This document shows positions 8,466 to 18,102 of a DNA stretch of 64,000 nucleotides, one piece after another. The notes under the pieces were generated by a model. That model was not told the DNA's origin. It saw only the letters and a program-made list of their open reading frames with translations, and did not search any database. The stretch spans positions 93,054 to 157,053 of the forward strand of contig CAWDZE010000014.1 of NCBI GenBank assembly GCA_963806705.1, written 5' to 3'. The stretch's first letter is position 1. Every line of letters begins with the position of its first letter. The stretch is from Vicinamibacteria bacterium. GTDB lineage: Bacteria; Acidobacteriota; Vicinamibacteria; Vicinamibacterales; JAENWD01. A program made the position numbers and the translations under genes.

Positions 8466-11024
8466 TCAGTGCGGCCGGTTCTCCGACGGCTGCGTGGGGA
8501 TCTTAGCAAACACCGACCGCGGCTTGCCGTTCTCGGAGTCCTCGACGGGCTCGGTCGCCTGGCCCAGTCGCTGTGCTTTGCGCTGCGCCTTGTCCTGATA
8601 CATCCGCTTGTCGGCCGTCGCCAGCAGGGTCTCGTACGCCTCGCCGTCGCGCGGGAACACGGCGTTGCCAAACGAGCTTCCGAGCTGGACGTAGCGGCCC
8701 GGCCGGACCTCAAACGCGATGTCCGCGATCGACTGTTGCAGCTCGCGCTGCTTCTGCTGGGCCTCCTCGGCGCCACAACCCGAGAGCACGACGACGAACT
8801 CATCGCCGGCGTAGCGAACGCAGATGTCGTACGGCCGGATCCCCGAGCGCAGGACACGCGCCACCTCGCGCAGGGCCTTGTCCCCCACGTGATGGCCATG
8901 CATGTCGTTGATCTCCTTGAACCCGTCGAGGTCCATCACCAGCAGGGAGACCTCGGTCTTCAAACGCTCGGCGCGCGCCAGCTCGCGCGTGAGGTGCACG
9001 AACATGAAGCGCGTGTTGGGAAGGCCGGTGAGCGGGTCGGTGAGCGAGTCGCGCTTGGTCTCCTCGAAGACGATCGAGTTGTTGACCACGCCGGCCGCCT
9101 GTTCGGAAACGCGATCCAGCAGGCGCCGATGGTCGTCGGTGAAGCGTCCCGGCTCGGTGTCATACACCGCAATCGCGCCGATCAGCCGATCGTTGAACAC
9201 CAGCGGGCACACCAGCGCCGACTGCAGCGTCGTCTCGCCGCTGGCGCCGCTGGCCTCCAGGTCGGCGCTCGGCCGCGCGTTCACCAGCGGCCGCAGGTTG
9301 CGGCCCACCCAGCCGACCAGGCCCTGCCCGTTCTTCACGGCCAGCGGCTGCAGGATCTCCGCGTCAATGCCGGTGGCAAACCGGCACCGCAGCAGGTCGC
9401 CGGATTCCTCGTGCAGGAAGAGCGCGCAAGTGGTAAACGGCACGAGGCTGCTCAACTTCGACGAGATGAGCGCCATCGTGTCGGCGACGCCGAGGCTGGT
9501 GCCCATCGACTGCGCGATTTCGTAGAGCGCGTAGATCTCGCGATGCGCCAGCGCGATGTCCTGGAACATGCGCTTGGGCGCCTGGTCGACAGGCGCGGCG
9601 ACGGACACGCCGCTGAGGGCCGCAAACGACAGCCGTCGCGCCGGTTCGATCTGCTGCCGCGCCTCGTCGTCGAGCGACGGCAGGTTCTCGACGAACAGAT
9701 CGACCAGGTGCGGATCGAATGCAAAACCCGCCTCGGTCCGCAGGACGTCCAGCGCTTCACCCTTGCTGAGCGCGCGATGCGACGGCCGCTCCGACGTCAA
9801 CGCGTCGAAATGATCGACGATGGCCAGGATCCGCGCGCCCAGCGGAATCTGCTCGCCCTTGAGCCCGGCCGGATACCCCTTGCCGTCCCACCGTTCGTGG
9901 TGGCCGTGGATGACCGGTGCGACCGGATACGGAAACGGCACCGTCGCGATGATCTCGGCGCCCACCTGCGGATGCACTTTCATCCGCTGGAACTCTTCGT
10001 CGGTCAGCGGCCCGGGCTTCGACAGGATGTGCTCGGGCACCGCGAGCTTGCCGATGTCGTGGAGCAGCGCCGCCGTCCGTATGCCCTGGACTTCGGCCGG
10101 CGACATGCCCGCCACGCGCGCCAGGCCCGCGGCATGCACCTGGACGCGCCGGATCCGCGAGGTCGCCGTCTGATCCTTGGCGTCAATGGCGAGTGCCAGC
10201 GCTTCGATCGTCGTCAGGTGCACGTGCGACATCTCGCCTGCCCGCCGCCGCTCGTGCTCCACGCGTTCGGAGTAGACGCGATAGGTCCGCTGAGTCAGGT
10301 ACAACGGGCCCACGAGCAACGGCGTGAGCCAGGCGCCGTCGCCCGCCAGCAACACCGCAGCGGTTGCCGCAACGCCGCCGCCGACGATGTAGCTGAGCGC
10401 GCTCCATACGGCGTGCTCGTTCCACACCTTGGCCAGCGGCTCGCCGCTGGTGAGCGACACCGCAATGGCGGTGAGGAGCGTGTTCAACACGAAGTAGGTG
10501 AGCGCCGCGCCGAGGATGGCCTTCTCCTGACCGATCAACTCGGGCGCCGAAAACGCCACCTCGCCGCCGAGACCGAGAAAGACCAGCCCCGACGCCTTGG
10601 CCGTGACCGCAAGCGCGGCCATGCTGAAGGCCGTGCGGTGGAGCGGTGTGCGTGGCGACACGAAGACCGTGCTCTGGACCCAGGCGGCCACCGCGGCGAT
10701 GATGAGCGTCGGATGCGGGCCCAGCAGGAGGAGCCCGGCAAAGGCAAAGGCAAACGACAGCGACATCGTCGCGCCCTGCAACGAGAACGGCAGATCGACC
10801 CGGAAAAGGGCTGCCCCAGACGCCCCCGCCAGCAGGGCCACGAACACGGGCCAGTGCGAGTAGCTGGCCGAGGTCTGGAACAGCAACGCGCCTCCGCCTG
10901 CCGCCATCACGAGCGCGAAAAATACCCGCGCGGCAAGAGGCAGGTCGGCGAATGTCGCCGGCAGTTCCGGTTGCCCCGAAACGTGTCGTGACCCTGTGAA
11001 AGGGCCGGTCAGCGCAAGGCTCAT
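8466..11024 (-). CDS. membrane-anchored HD-GYP / GAF / GGDEF composite c-di-GMP signalling protein
   Basis: 852 aa. N-terminal multi-TM region; LLHDIGKLAVPEHIL...HGHHERWDGKGYPAGL (HD-GYP); central GAF-like segment; DPLTGLPNTR...LVMDLDGFKEINDMHGHHVGD...RYAGDEFVVV (GGDEF with AGDEF). Confidence 0.85.
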   Translation of the reverse strand: MSLALTGPFTGSRHVSGQPELPATFADLPLAARVFFALVMAAGGGALLFQTSASYSHWPVFVALLAGASGAALFRVDLPFSLQGATMSLSFAFAFAGLLLLGPHPTLIIAAVAAWVQSTVFVSPRTPLHRTAFSMAALAVTAKASGLVFLGLGGEVAFSAPELIGQEKAILGAALTYFVLNTLLTAIAVSLTSGEPLAKVWNEHAVWSALSYIVGGGVAATAAVLLAGDGAWLTPLLVGPLYLTQRTYRVYSERVEHERRRAGEMSHVHLTTIEALALAIDAKDQTATSRIRRVQVHAAGLARVAGMSPAEVQGIRTAALLHDIGKLAVPEHILSKPGPLTDEEFQRMKVHPQVGAEIIATVPFPYPVAPVIHGHHERWDGKGYPAGLKGEQIPLGARILAIVDHFDALTSERPSHRALSKGEALDVLRTEAGFAFDPHLVDLFVENLPSLDDEARQQIEPARRLSFAALSGVSVAAPVDQAPKRMFQDIALAHREIYALYEIAQSMGTSLGVADTMALISSKLSSLVPFTTCALFLHEESGDLLRCRFATGIDAEILQPLAVKNGQGLVGWVGRNLRPLVNARPSADLEASGASGETTLQSALVCPLVFNDRLIGAIAVYDTEPGRFTDDHRRLLDRVSEQAAGVVNNSIVFEETKRDSLTDPLTGLPNTRFMFVHLTRELARAERLKTEVSLLVMDLDGFKEINDMHGHHVGDKALREVARVLRSGIRPYDICVRYAGDEFVVVLSGCGAEEAQQKQRELQQSIADIAFEVRPGRYVQLGSSFGNAVFPRDGEAYETLLATADKRMYQDKAQRKAQRLGQATEPVEDSENGKPRSVFAKIPTQPSENRPH

Positions 11025-11074
11025 GAAATCGTCGGACGCGGTCCCTGGAAACCTTCGTCCAGTTCAAACGACCA

Positions 11075-11090
11075 AGCAATGGGACTGCCA
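11075..11090 (-). promoter_or_regulatory. sigma54 (-24/-12) promoter TGGCAGTCCCATTGCT
   Basis: Reverse complement of 11075-11090 is TGGCAG-N5-TTGCT, with GG and GC at the canonical spacing, about 50 nt upstream of ATG 11024 and directly downstream of the sigma54 activator gene. Confidence 0.6.
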
Positions 11091-11322
11091 AGCCCGGCAC
11101 CCATTGGTGAGCAACAACTAAACCGCACCGTTTCAGTCATTTAACGGCAATACTTGAAGCGTCGGTCCCTGCCCGCCTGGCCCCTCGTCCAACCTCGCCG
11201 TGTCTCGAAGTAGCACGCAGGGTTGTGATCAGGCCGACAAATCTCGCCAGTTACACAGCAACTCGCCGATTCTTAATGTCTTGAAACGGAACAACGCGAG
11301 CGGAAGAGGGGCTGTAGGCCGA

Positions 11323-12690
11323 TTATTCCCCGTCTTGGCGTGTGCCGTTTCGCGACGCTCGTGGGGGCTCGAGCTCGTATTCGTCGATCTTCCGGTAGAG
11401 GGTGCCCCGACTGATGTCGAGCACGCGGGCCGCCTCCTTCTTGTTCCATCTCACCGACTCGAGCACGCGCAGGACGTGCCCACGCTCGGCCTCTCGCAGC
11501 GACGGCAATCTGTCGCCCGCCGTCGTGGGGGTGACGGCAGAAGCGTGCAGGAACTCGATGTCGCTGGCGCGGATGACCGTTCCGGGCGACGACAGCGCCG
11601 CGCGCGACACCGTGCTCTCGAGCTCGCGGATGTTGCCCGGCCACGGATACGCGACCAGCTGGTCCGCAGCGTCCTTGCCGAAGCTCTTGGCGTCCAGCGG
11701 CAGGCCGTTGGCCGCACAGTAGCGCGCGAGGAAGCGTTGCGCAAGCACCGGAATGTCGGCCGGGCGTTCGCGCAGCGAAGGCAGCCGGATGGCAAACGCG
11801 TTGACGCGGTAGTAGAGGTCCTCGCGGAATCGCCCGTCGCGGACAAACAGATCCAGCGGCCGGTTTGTGGCCGAGATCAGGCGGAAATCCACCGAGATCG
11901 AGCGGTTGCCGCCCAGACGCTCGAATCGGCGTTCCTCGAGTACCCGCAGCAGCTTGGCCTGGGCGACGATGGACAGGTCCCCGATCTCGTCGAGGAAGAG
12001 CGTGCCGTCATTAGCCAGTTCGAGGCGGCCTGGCTTGCGATCGTGCGCGCCGGTGAAGGCGCCCTTTTCGTAGCCGAAGATCTCGGACTCAAACAGCGTG
12101 TCTGGCAGCGCCGCGCAGTTGACCGCCTGGAATTTCGCCTCGGATCGCCGGGACAGGTCGTGAATCATCCGTGCGACCAGTTCCTTGCCCGACCCGGTGG
12201 GGCCCAGAATCAGCACGGAGATGTCGGACTTGGCGGCCGTCCGAATCCACTCGAAGACGATCAGCATCTTCTCGTCGCGGCCGATCATCTCGCGGAAGCG
12301 CTGAACCGCCGGGGACTGGTCCTCGGTGGAGACTGTAGCTCGGCGTTCGAGGAATGCCTCGACCAGCGGGGCAATCGGTCCGCCCTGCCTGTGGAACTGA
12401 TACCGGACAGGAGCGCCCGACAGGCGCCGGATGACGCCGAAATCGACGAGCTCGCCGACGCAGTTGGCGACGTCGAGCCGCAGGCGTCCGAAGGCGGCCA
12501 TCAGGGCCTCGAGGTCGGGGGTGTCGTCGGGCCGCGCCGCCAGAAACCTCAGCAATCCCGCCCGAAGCGGGGACTGCACGAGTGTCTTGAACCGGCCCTC
12601 GAGGTCGGAAGGCGAATCGGGCTGGACGGCGGGCTGCACGATCAGGGTTATCGGATCGTGTCCAGTAACGGGACAGGCTGCAATCGTCAA
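11323..12690 (-). CDS. sigma54-dependent transcriptional activator (AAA+ EBP) with a non-receiver N-terminal domain
   Basis: LILGPTGSGKELVARMIH (Walker A), GYEKGAFTGA (GAFTGA), DEIGD (Walker B), C-terminal Fis-type HTH NKKEAARVLDISRGTLYRKI. The N-terminal ~150 aa is not a CheY receiver. Confidence 0.9.
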   Translation of the reverse strand: MTIAACPVTGHDPITLIVQPAVQPDSPSDLEGRFKTLVQSPLRAGLLRFLAARPDDTPDLEALMAAFGRLRLDVANCVGELVDFGVIRRLSGAPVRYQFHRQGGPIAPLVEAFLERRATVSTEDQSPAVQRFREMIGRDEKMLIVFEWIRTAAKSDISVLILGPTGSGKELVARMIHDLSRRSEAKFQAVNCAALPDTLFESEIFGYEKGAFTGAHDRKPGRLELANDGTLFLDEIGDLSIVAQAKLLRVLEERRFERLGGNRSISVDFRLISATNRPLDLFVRDGRFREDLYYRVNAFAIRLPSLRERPADIPVLAQRFLARYCAANGLPLDAKSFGKDAADQLVAYPWPGNIRELESTVSRAALSSPGTVIRASDIEFLHASAVTPTTAGDRLPSLREAERGHVLRVLESVRWNKKEAARVLDISRGTLYRKIDEYELEPPRASRNGTRQDGE

Positions 12691-13103
12691 TCCCCCCTGC
12701 CGGCCTTGTAGTAGTCAGTCTGGAACCGCTCGATGAGCTCCTTCATCTCCATCGCGTCCCCCTTGTGATGGCCGCGGCAGTGGATGGCGTTGTGGCCTCC
12801 GGTGGTCTCGATGCACACGTGGGCGAACAGCATGTCGGTGTCGACCTTCACGGATGCAACGTGGGCGATGTTGATCGTCTGCTCGAGCTGGCCGAACCAC
12901 TGTGGGGTGTAATGCACGACGCTGGTCGGCGTGATCTTCACCTGGGTGGGGAACAACCGGTTGCCTCGGCTCCAGCGGCTGGCGAGAAAGACGTGATCGC
13001 CGCTGATGCGTCCGGACTTGCGCAGCAGCCACCACGCGACCGCCACAAACGCCAGCAGGACGAGCCCGAGGCCGATGGTCAAAGGATCCATGGGGCGTAA
13101 CAC
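12687..13103 (-). CDS. small membrane protein with bacterial PH (bPH_2/YdbS-like) domain
   Basis: One TM (LTIGLGLVLLAFVAVAWWLL), then ...VKITPTSVVHYTP...INIAHVASVKVDTDMLFAHVCIETTGG. 4-nt overlap with the activator start. Confidence 0.6.
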   Translation of the reverse strand: MLRPMDPLTIGLGLVLLAFVAVAWWLLRKSGRISGDHVFLASRWSRGNRLFPTQVKITPTSVVHYTPQWFGQLEQTINIAHVASVKVDTDMLFAHVCIETTGGHNAIHCRGHHKGDAMEMKELIERFQTDYYKAGRGD

Positions 13104-13192
13104 TGCACACCCCGCTGCCAGCGTGTCAAGCGCCCGAGCCTTGGGTGTACACTCACGAGTCGCTCACGAGTCGATCTCAAGGAGCCGCATCA

Positions 13193-14359
13193 GTGCCCCA
13201 TCGTGCGCCAGGCGCGTCAGACGGCCGCAAGGGCCATTACCTCTCCGGCAAGCCCATCAAGTACTACCGCCCGCGCGGCAGCCAGGACCTCCGCGCGCTC
13301 GTCGACGATGGCTTCCAGGCGTTCAACGGGGCTCGGCTGTCCGAGGCGTGCCACATCTTCTCCGAGAAGATGCTGGACCCCGACAACGACACCACCATCG
13401 GCATCACCGTGGCCGGTGCGCTGACGCCGGCCGGGCTCGGCGGCTGCCTGATCGAGTTGATGGAGCGAGGGCTGGTGGACTTCGTCATCAGCACCGGCGC
13501 AAACCTCTATCACGACCTCCACTACGCGCTGAATTTCACCCTGCACCGCGGATCGCCATTTCTCGACGATCGGGATCTGTACGACGAGGGCGTGATCCGG
13601 ATCTACGACGTTCTCTTTCCCGCCACGGTGTTGCTCGAGACCGACGCGTACGTGCGCGACTTCCTCGTGCGCTGCGGGATCGACGAGCCCATCTCGACCT
13701 CCGAGCTGCACGTGCGGCTCGGACAGGACTTGCTGTCGCGGCGCGAAGGCTGCGAGAACCACTCGGTGCTTGCCGCTGCCGCCAAGTACGGCGTGCCCAT
13801 CTACACGTCGTCTCCCGGCGACAGCTCCATCGGGATGAACATCGCCTACCACGAGTTCATGAACAACAGCCGCCTGATGATCGACCCGAACAAGGACGTC
13901 AACGAGATCTGCGCCATCGTCCTCTCCGGGCACAAGAACGGCTGCGTGATCCTGGGCGGCGGCTCGCCGAAGAATTTCTACCTGCAGGCGCAGCCCACGC
14001 TCTGGGAGGTGTACGGAATCCAGAAGGGCGGCAACGAGTACTTCATCCAGTTCACCACCGATCAAGTGGTCTGGGGCGGACTGTCGGGCGCCACGCCCTC
14101 GGAGGCCGTCAGCTGGGGCAAGGTCAACCCTGGCGTGCTGCCCGACACGGTGGTGGCCTACGTGGATTCGACCATTGCGTTCCCGATTTTCTGCGAGTAC
14201 GCGGTCGGCGCGCGCTTCGGCCGGCGAGAGCGACGCAACCTCATTGCCAGGCGCAGCGGGCTGCTGGCAACCTTGCGTGCCGAAGCCAAGGCGGCGGCCG
14301 TGTCGCGGCCGGCCGTGGGCGAGATCGAGACCATCGGCGATCTGGACAGGAAGACGTAG
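13193..14359 (+). CDS. deoxyhypusine synthase-like (DHS/homospermidine synthase family) protein
   Basis: GITVAGALTPAGLGGCLIELMERGLVDFVISTGANLYHDLH, ILGGGSPKNF. GTG 13193 lies 8 nt after AAGGAG (13179-13184); the track ORF starts at 13145. Confidence 0.8.
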   Translation: MPHRAPGASDGRKGHYLSGKPIKYYRPRGSQDLRALVDDGFQAFNGARLSEACHIFSEKMLDPDNDTTIGITVAGALTPAGLGGCLIELMERGLVDFVISTGANLYHDLHYALNFTLHRGSPFLDDRDLYDEGVIRIYDVLFPATVLLETDAYVRDFLVRCGIDEPISTSELHVRLGQDLLSRREGCENHSVLAAAAKYGVPIYTSSPGDSSIGMNIAYHEFMNNSRLMIDPNKDVNEICAIVLSGHKNGCVILGGGSPKNFYLQAQPTLWEVYGIQKGGNEYFIQFTTDQVVWGGLSGATPSEAVSWGKVNPGVLPDTVVAYVDSTIAFPIFCEYAVGARFGRRERRNLIARRSGLLATLRAEAKAAAVSRPAVGEIETIGDLDRKT

Positions 14360-14374
14360 TAGAGGGGAAGTCCG

Positions 14375-14803
14375 GTGAGAACCCTCTTTGCGGAGCTGGC
14401 CGCGCGCGCCGGTCCCCCGACCGGGCCCCGCATCTATGCCGATGCCAACGTGCCGGCGGGCATCATCGCTTACATGCGGGAGGCCCTGCAGTGGGACGTG
14501 CTGTTTGTCGTCGAACACGACGACTTGCGGCGCGCCCCGGACCGGCGCCACTTCTTGTTGTCGAGACAACTCGGGCGAACGCTGGTGACGCTCGACCGCG
14601 ACTATCTTGACGACCACATGTATCCGCCGAGTGAGACAAGCGGACTCATCGTGCTCTACGCGCCGACCGAACAGCTGTTGACCAGAACGCTGCAGCAGAT
14701 CGACGAACGCATCTTCAAGGCCGCGCCGCCACCCGCATCGGGATTTCCGCTGCCCTTGCGCGGTCGAAAGCTCGTGGCAGATCCGGAGTGGGTTGACGCA
14801 TGA
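14375..14803 (+). CDS. DUF5615-like (PIN-like) domain protein
   Basis: IYADANVPAGIIAYMRE..WDV....HDDLRRAPDRRHFLLSRQLGRTLVTLDRDYLD matches the DUF5615 pattern from memory. No DUF433-type partner gene is adjacent. Confidence 0.45.
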   Translation: MRTLFAELAARAGPPTGPRIYADANVPAGIIAYMREALQWDVLFVVEHDDLRRAPDRRHFLLSRQLGRTLVTLDRDYLDDHMYPPSETSGLIVLYAPTEQLLTRTLQQIDERIFKAAPPPASGFPLPLRGRKLVADPEWVDA

Positions 14804-15993
14804 CCACGATACTGTCTGGCGGCGCCGTTGTGCTCGCCGATCGCGTGCTGGAGCCCGGCACGCTCGTCCTCGAGAGCGGGCGCATCGTGGAGGTCCGGCC
14901 GGGCCGTGCGCCGGCGGGCGACGGTGTCGTCGACGTGACCGGCCACGTGATCGTGCCCGGCTTCATCGACGTGCACGTGCATGGGGTCGAGGGGCAGGAC
15001 ACGCTGAGCACGGCCAACGCCGTGGCCGAGATCGCGCGCCGGCTGCCGCGCTACGGCGTCACGGGCTTTTGTCCCACGACGGTCGCGTGCGGGCCGGCTG
15101 AGCTGCGGCATCTGCTCGACGGCATTCGCGCGGCGCGGGCGACGCCGGTCGAGCGCAGCGCGCACGTGCTGCCGGCGCACCTCGAGAGCAACTTCATCGC
15201 GCCGGACTTCCGCGGCGCGCAGCCGCTCGCGTGCCTCCGCCGGCCGACGCCCGAGGTGCAGCCGGGGCCGAGTTCCGAGGCCGAGCCCTTTTCCGGCGCC
15301 GACATCCTCGGCGTGATCGCCAGCGCCCGCCAGCAGGTGGGCATCCTGACGATCGCGCCTGAACTGGACGGCCACCTCGACCTGATCCGCGACCTGGTCG
15401 GCCACGGTCATATCGTCTCCCTTGGACATTCGGGAGCGACCTTCGATCAGGGCCTGGCCGGCGTCGAGGCCGGTGGCCGGCACGCCACGCATCTGTTCAA
15501 TCGCATGCCCCCTCTGTCGCATCGCGCGCCCGGCCTCATCGGCGCCGTGCTGTCACGGCCCGAAGTGCGCGCCGAGATTGTGTGCGATGGCTACCACGTG
15601 CATCCGGTCGTCGCCCGGACGGCGATTGCGGCCCTCGGCCGCGAGCGTGCGATGGCGATCACGGACGGCACCGCGGGGGCGGGACTGCCGGTGGGGTCGG
15701 TCGTGCCGCTTGGAAGCCACACGATCACGGTGACAGAGGACGCGTGTTTTCTGGCCGACGGAACGCTGGCCGGCAGCCGTCTCACGATGGACGGCGCCTT
15801 CCGGGTGTTGACTTCGCGGACGGGCCTCTCCCTGGTGGATGCCGCCTACATCTGTGCGACCACTCCCGCCAGGCAACTGGGGCTGACCAGGACCGGCGAG
15901 ATCGCCGTGGGCATGTCGGCCGATCTCGCCGTCATGACGGGCGATTTCAAGGTCGTGGCGACCTATATCGACGGGGTGAAGGCGGCAGGCTGA
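14800..15993 (+). CDS. nagA: N-acetylglucosamine-6-phosphate deacetylase
   Basis: VIVPGFIDVHVHGVEGQD, GHSGATFDQ, ATHLFNRMPPLSHRAPGLIGA; ATGA overlap with the upstream gene. Confidence 0.85.
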   Translation: MTTILSGGAVVLADRVLEPGTLVLESGRIVEVRPGRAPAGDGVVDVTGHVIVPGFIDVHVHGVEGQDTLSTANAVAEIARRLPRYGVTGFCPTTVACGPAELRHLLDGIRAARATPVERSAHVLPAHLESNFIAPDFRGAQPLACLRRPTPEVQPGPSSEAEPFSGADILGVIASARQQVGILTIAPELDGHLDLIRDLVGHGHIVSLGHSGATFDQGLAGVEAGGRHATHLFNRMPPLSHRAPGLIGAVLSRPEVRAEIVCDGYHVHPVVARTAIAALGRERAMAITDGTAGAGLPVGSVVPLGSHTITVTEDACFLADGTLAGSRLTMDGAFRVLTSRTGLSLVDAAYICATTPARQLGLTRTGEIAVGMSADLAVMTGDFKVVATYIDGVKAAG

Positions 15994-16082
15994 GGGATAG
16001 CAGTCGTCCCAATCCCGGCCACCCGAGGAAACTCCGGGCGAGCCGGGCTCGTATCACCTGATCTGTGGAAGGGAGACCTGCA

Positions 16083-16964
16083 ATGGCGAAGTTTCGCGCA
16101 GTGGCGCCCGCGCTGGTGGCTGCTGCCATCCTCGGGTCCGGATGCTCGATCAATCTGAGCGCCGAGCACTACATCGGCAAGGAAGAGAAGACGTTTGCCG
16201 TCACCGGCAAGCCCGAGTTGCTGCTCAAGACGTTTGACGGCTCCATCGACGTCACGACCTGGGACAAATCCGTTGTCGGCGTGACCATCGAGCGCCGGGC
16301 GGGAAGCCAGGCCGAGGCGGAGGCGCTGAAGGTCACGACCTCCCAGGACGGCAACCGCATCGTCGTCGAGGCCGTGCAGCCCGAGCGGAGTGTGCAGGTT
16401 GGCATTCACGTCGGCCGCTCGGTGAGGTTCGTCGTGTCGGTGCCCAGGAACACCGACTTGGTCGCTCGCACCGGCGATGGCTCGATTGCCGTGACGGGCG
16501 TGCACGGCAAGCTCGAGTTGAGGTCGGGAGACGGCAGCGTGACGGGCACCGGCCTTGACGGCGAAGTCGTAGCCAATACCGGTGACGGATCGGTCGCGCT
16601 CGACGGCGTCAAGGGCAAAGTCGACGTCAACACCGGCGACGGCAGCGTGCGCATTGCCGGCGCGCCGAGCGCGCTCAAGGCGCATACCGGCGACGGATCG
16701 GTGGCCCTCAATCTCGAGGCCGGCACCGCGATCACAGAGAACTGGGAGATCACCACCGGCGATGGCGGCGTCAGCGTCGAGTTGCCCGGCACCGTCAACG
16801 CCGAACTCGATGCGAGCACCGGCGATGGCACCATCCACGCCGGCGATTTCGGCCTCAAGACCGATGGCGACAGCAGGCACGAGCTTCGCGGCCGCATCGG
16901 CTCTGGCGGCCCGACGTTGAAGGTGCGCACCGGCGACGGCGGCATCACGATCGCGAAGAAGTAG
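16083..16964 (+). CDS. DUF4097-type lipoprotein (beta-helical repeats)
   Basis: Lipobox AAILGSGC. About 8 repeats of TGDGS(V/I)xxxG (RTGDGSIAVTG, RSGDGSVTGTG, NTGDGSVALDG, ...). Confidence 0.7.
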   Translation: MAKFRAVAPALVAAAILGSGCSINLSAEHYIGKEEKTFAVTGKPELLLKTFDGSIDVTTWDKSVVGVTIERRAGSQAEAEALKVTTSQDGNRIVVEAVQPERSVQVGIHVGRSVRFVVSVPRNTDLVARTGDGSIAVTGVHGKLELRSGDGSVTGTGLDGEVVANTGDGSVALDGVKGKVDVNTGDGSVRIAGAPSALKAHTGDGSVALNLEAGTAITENWEITTGDGGVSVELPGTVNAELDASTGDGTIHAGDFGLKTDGDSRHELRGRIGSGGPTLKVRTGDGGITIAKK

Positions 16965-17649
16965 TGGCGTAGGAGGTCGGATCGACGACGCCGGCCGCCA
17001 CGAAGGCATCGCGCCGTTCCCTGCACTTGCTGCACGCGCCGCAGTGCAGGAACGGCGCACGTGAACCTGAAGAACCCCGCTCAATCGGATTCATGCACGA
17101 CAGCGTGAGCTCGAAGGGCACGCCCAGTTCGACACCGCGCTGAATCACCTGCTCCTTGTGCAGGTCGCGATAGGGCGCGGCGATTTCCACCGACCAATCC
17201 AACCCCAACGACACGGCTTCGGCCATCGCGGCAAAAAACTCCGGCCGCGCATCGGGAAACGGGTTGCCCGACAGCGGCCCCAGCACGACGCGTGTCACGC
17301 GGTGCTGGGCGCACCACGTACCGGCTTTGGCGAGCAGCACGAGATTTCTGCCCGTCAGGTAGACGTCTTCGTCAGGCGTGTCGTAGGCCGGCGGCGTACC
17401 GCGAATGGCCCAGTGAGTCTGCGGGTACACATCACGCATCGTGAAGTGCAGCCGCTGCAGGCCACCGACGCGCCCGTCGTATGCCGGTGCTGAAAGAAGC
17501 CGTTCGGCCATCGCGACTTCGGCGGTTTCCCAGGCCAGACCGACGCTGACGTAGAGCGGATGCACACGCCCGCGCCTTGCCTCGTCGGCCGCCAGCACGG
17601 CGCTATCCAGCCCCGCCGAGAACAGCACAGCCGTTGCCTGTTCCGCCAT
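16945..17649 (-). CDS. queC: 7-cyano-7-deazaguanine synthase QueC
   Basis: MAEQATAVLFSAGLDSAVLA (SGGxDS-type loop), ...SCMNP...HCGACSKCRERRDAF (Zn Cys cluster). The track ORF extends to 18111, but that N-terminal part is antisense to queD. Confidence 0.88.
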   Translation of the reverse strand: MAEQATAVLFSAGLDSAVLAADEARRGRVHPLYVSVGLAWETAEVAMAERLLSAPAYDGRVGGLQRLHFTMRDVYPQTHWAIRGTPPAYDTPDEDVYLTGRNLVLLAKAGTWCAQHRVTRVVLGPLSGNPFPDARPEFFAAMAEAVSLGLDWSVEIAAPYRDLHKEQVIQRGVELGVPFELTLSCMNPIERGSSGSRAPFLHCGACSKCRERRDAFVAAGVVDPTSYATTSSRS

Positions 17650-17697
17650 GTCGCTCCATTCAACCCGATAGACCATCCAACCTGTAGAATGCTTCCA

Positions 17698-18102
17698 ATG
17701 TACTCCGTTACCAAGAAAATCGAGTTCTGCTACGGCCATCGCCTGCTCGACTACGACGGCATCTGCAAGCACCCCCACGGCCACAACGCCGTGGCGGAGA
17801 TCGAAGTCCGCACCGACACGCTCGATGGCCGCAACATGGTCTGCGACTTCAGCGACATCAAGCGTGTCGTGAAGGGGTGGATCGACGCCAAACTCGACCA
17901 CCAGATGATCCTGCGCAAGGACGACCCGCTGGTGAAGCCGCTGCAGGCGCTCGGCGAGCCGATCTTCCTTGTCGACTCGAATCCGACCGTCGAGCTGATC
18001 GCAAAGACGATCTACGACCAGACCAGGCACGCAGGCTTCAACGTCGTGCGCGTCACGGTGTGGGAGACGCCGACGTCGTTTGCGACATTTTCCGGCGACT
18101 GA
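17698..18102 (+). CDS. queD: 6-carboxy-5,6,7,8-tetrahydropterin synthase QueD
   Basis: MYSVTKKIEFCYGHRLLDYDGICKHPHGHNAVAEIEV...DFSDIK (PTPS Cys/His motifs). Divergent from queC. Confidence 0.88.
   Translation: MYSVTKKIEFCYGHRLLDYDGICKHPHGHNAVAEIEVRTDTLDGRNMVCDFSDIKRVVKGWIDAKLDHQMILRKDDPLVKPLQALGEPIFLVDSNPTVELIAKTIYDQTRHAGFNVVRVTVWETPTSFATFSGD

Noticed and set aside
8436-10991. Very long ORFs antisense to or out of frame with recognised genes. Examples: 8436..10991 +, 745..1662 -, 13006..14610 +, 13217..14617 -, 29515..30600 -, 35767..37155 -, 46020..47204 -, 56528..58480 -, 11200..12711 +.
   Set aside because: They are typical high-GC shadow ORFs. Their translations are Arg/Pro/Gly/Ala-rich with no motifs, and each is fully covered by a gene with clear family signatures on the other strand or frame.
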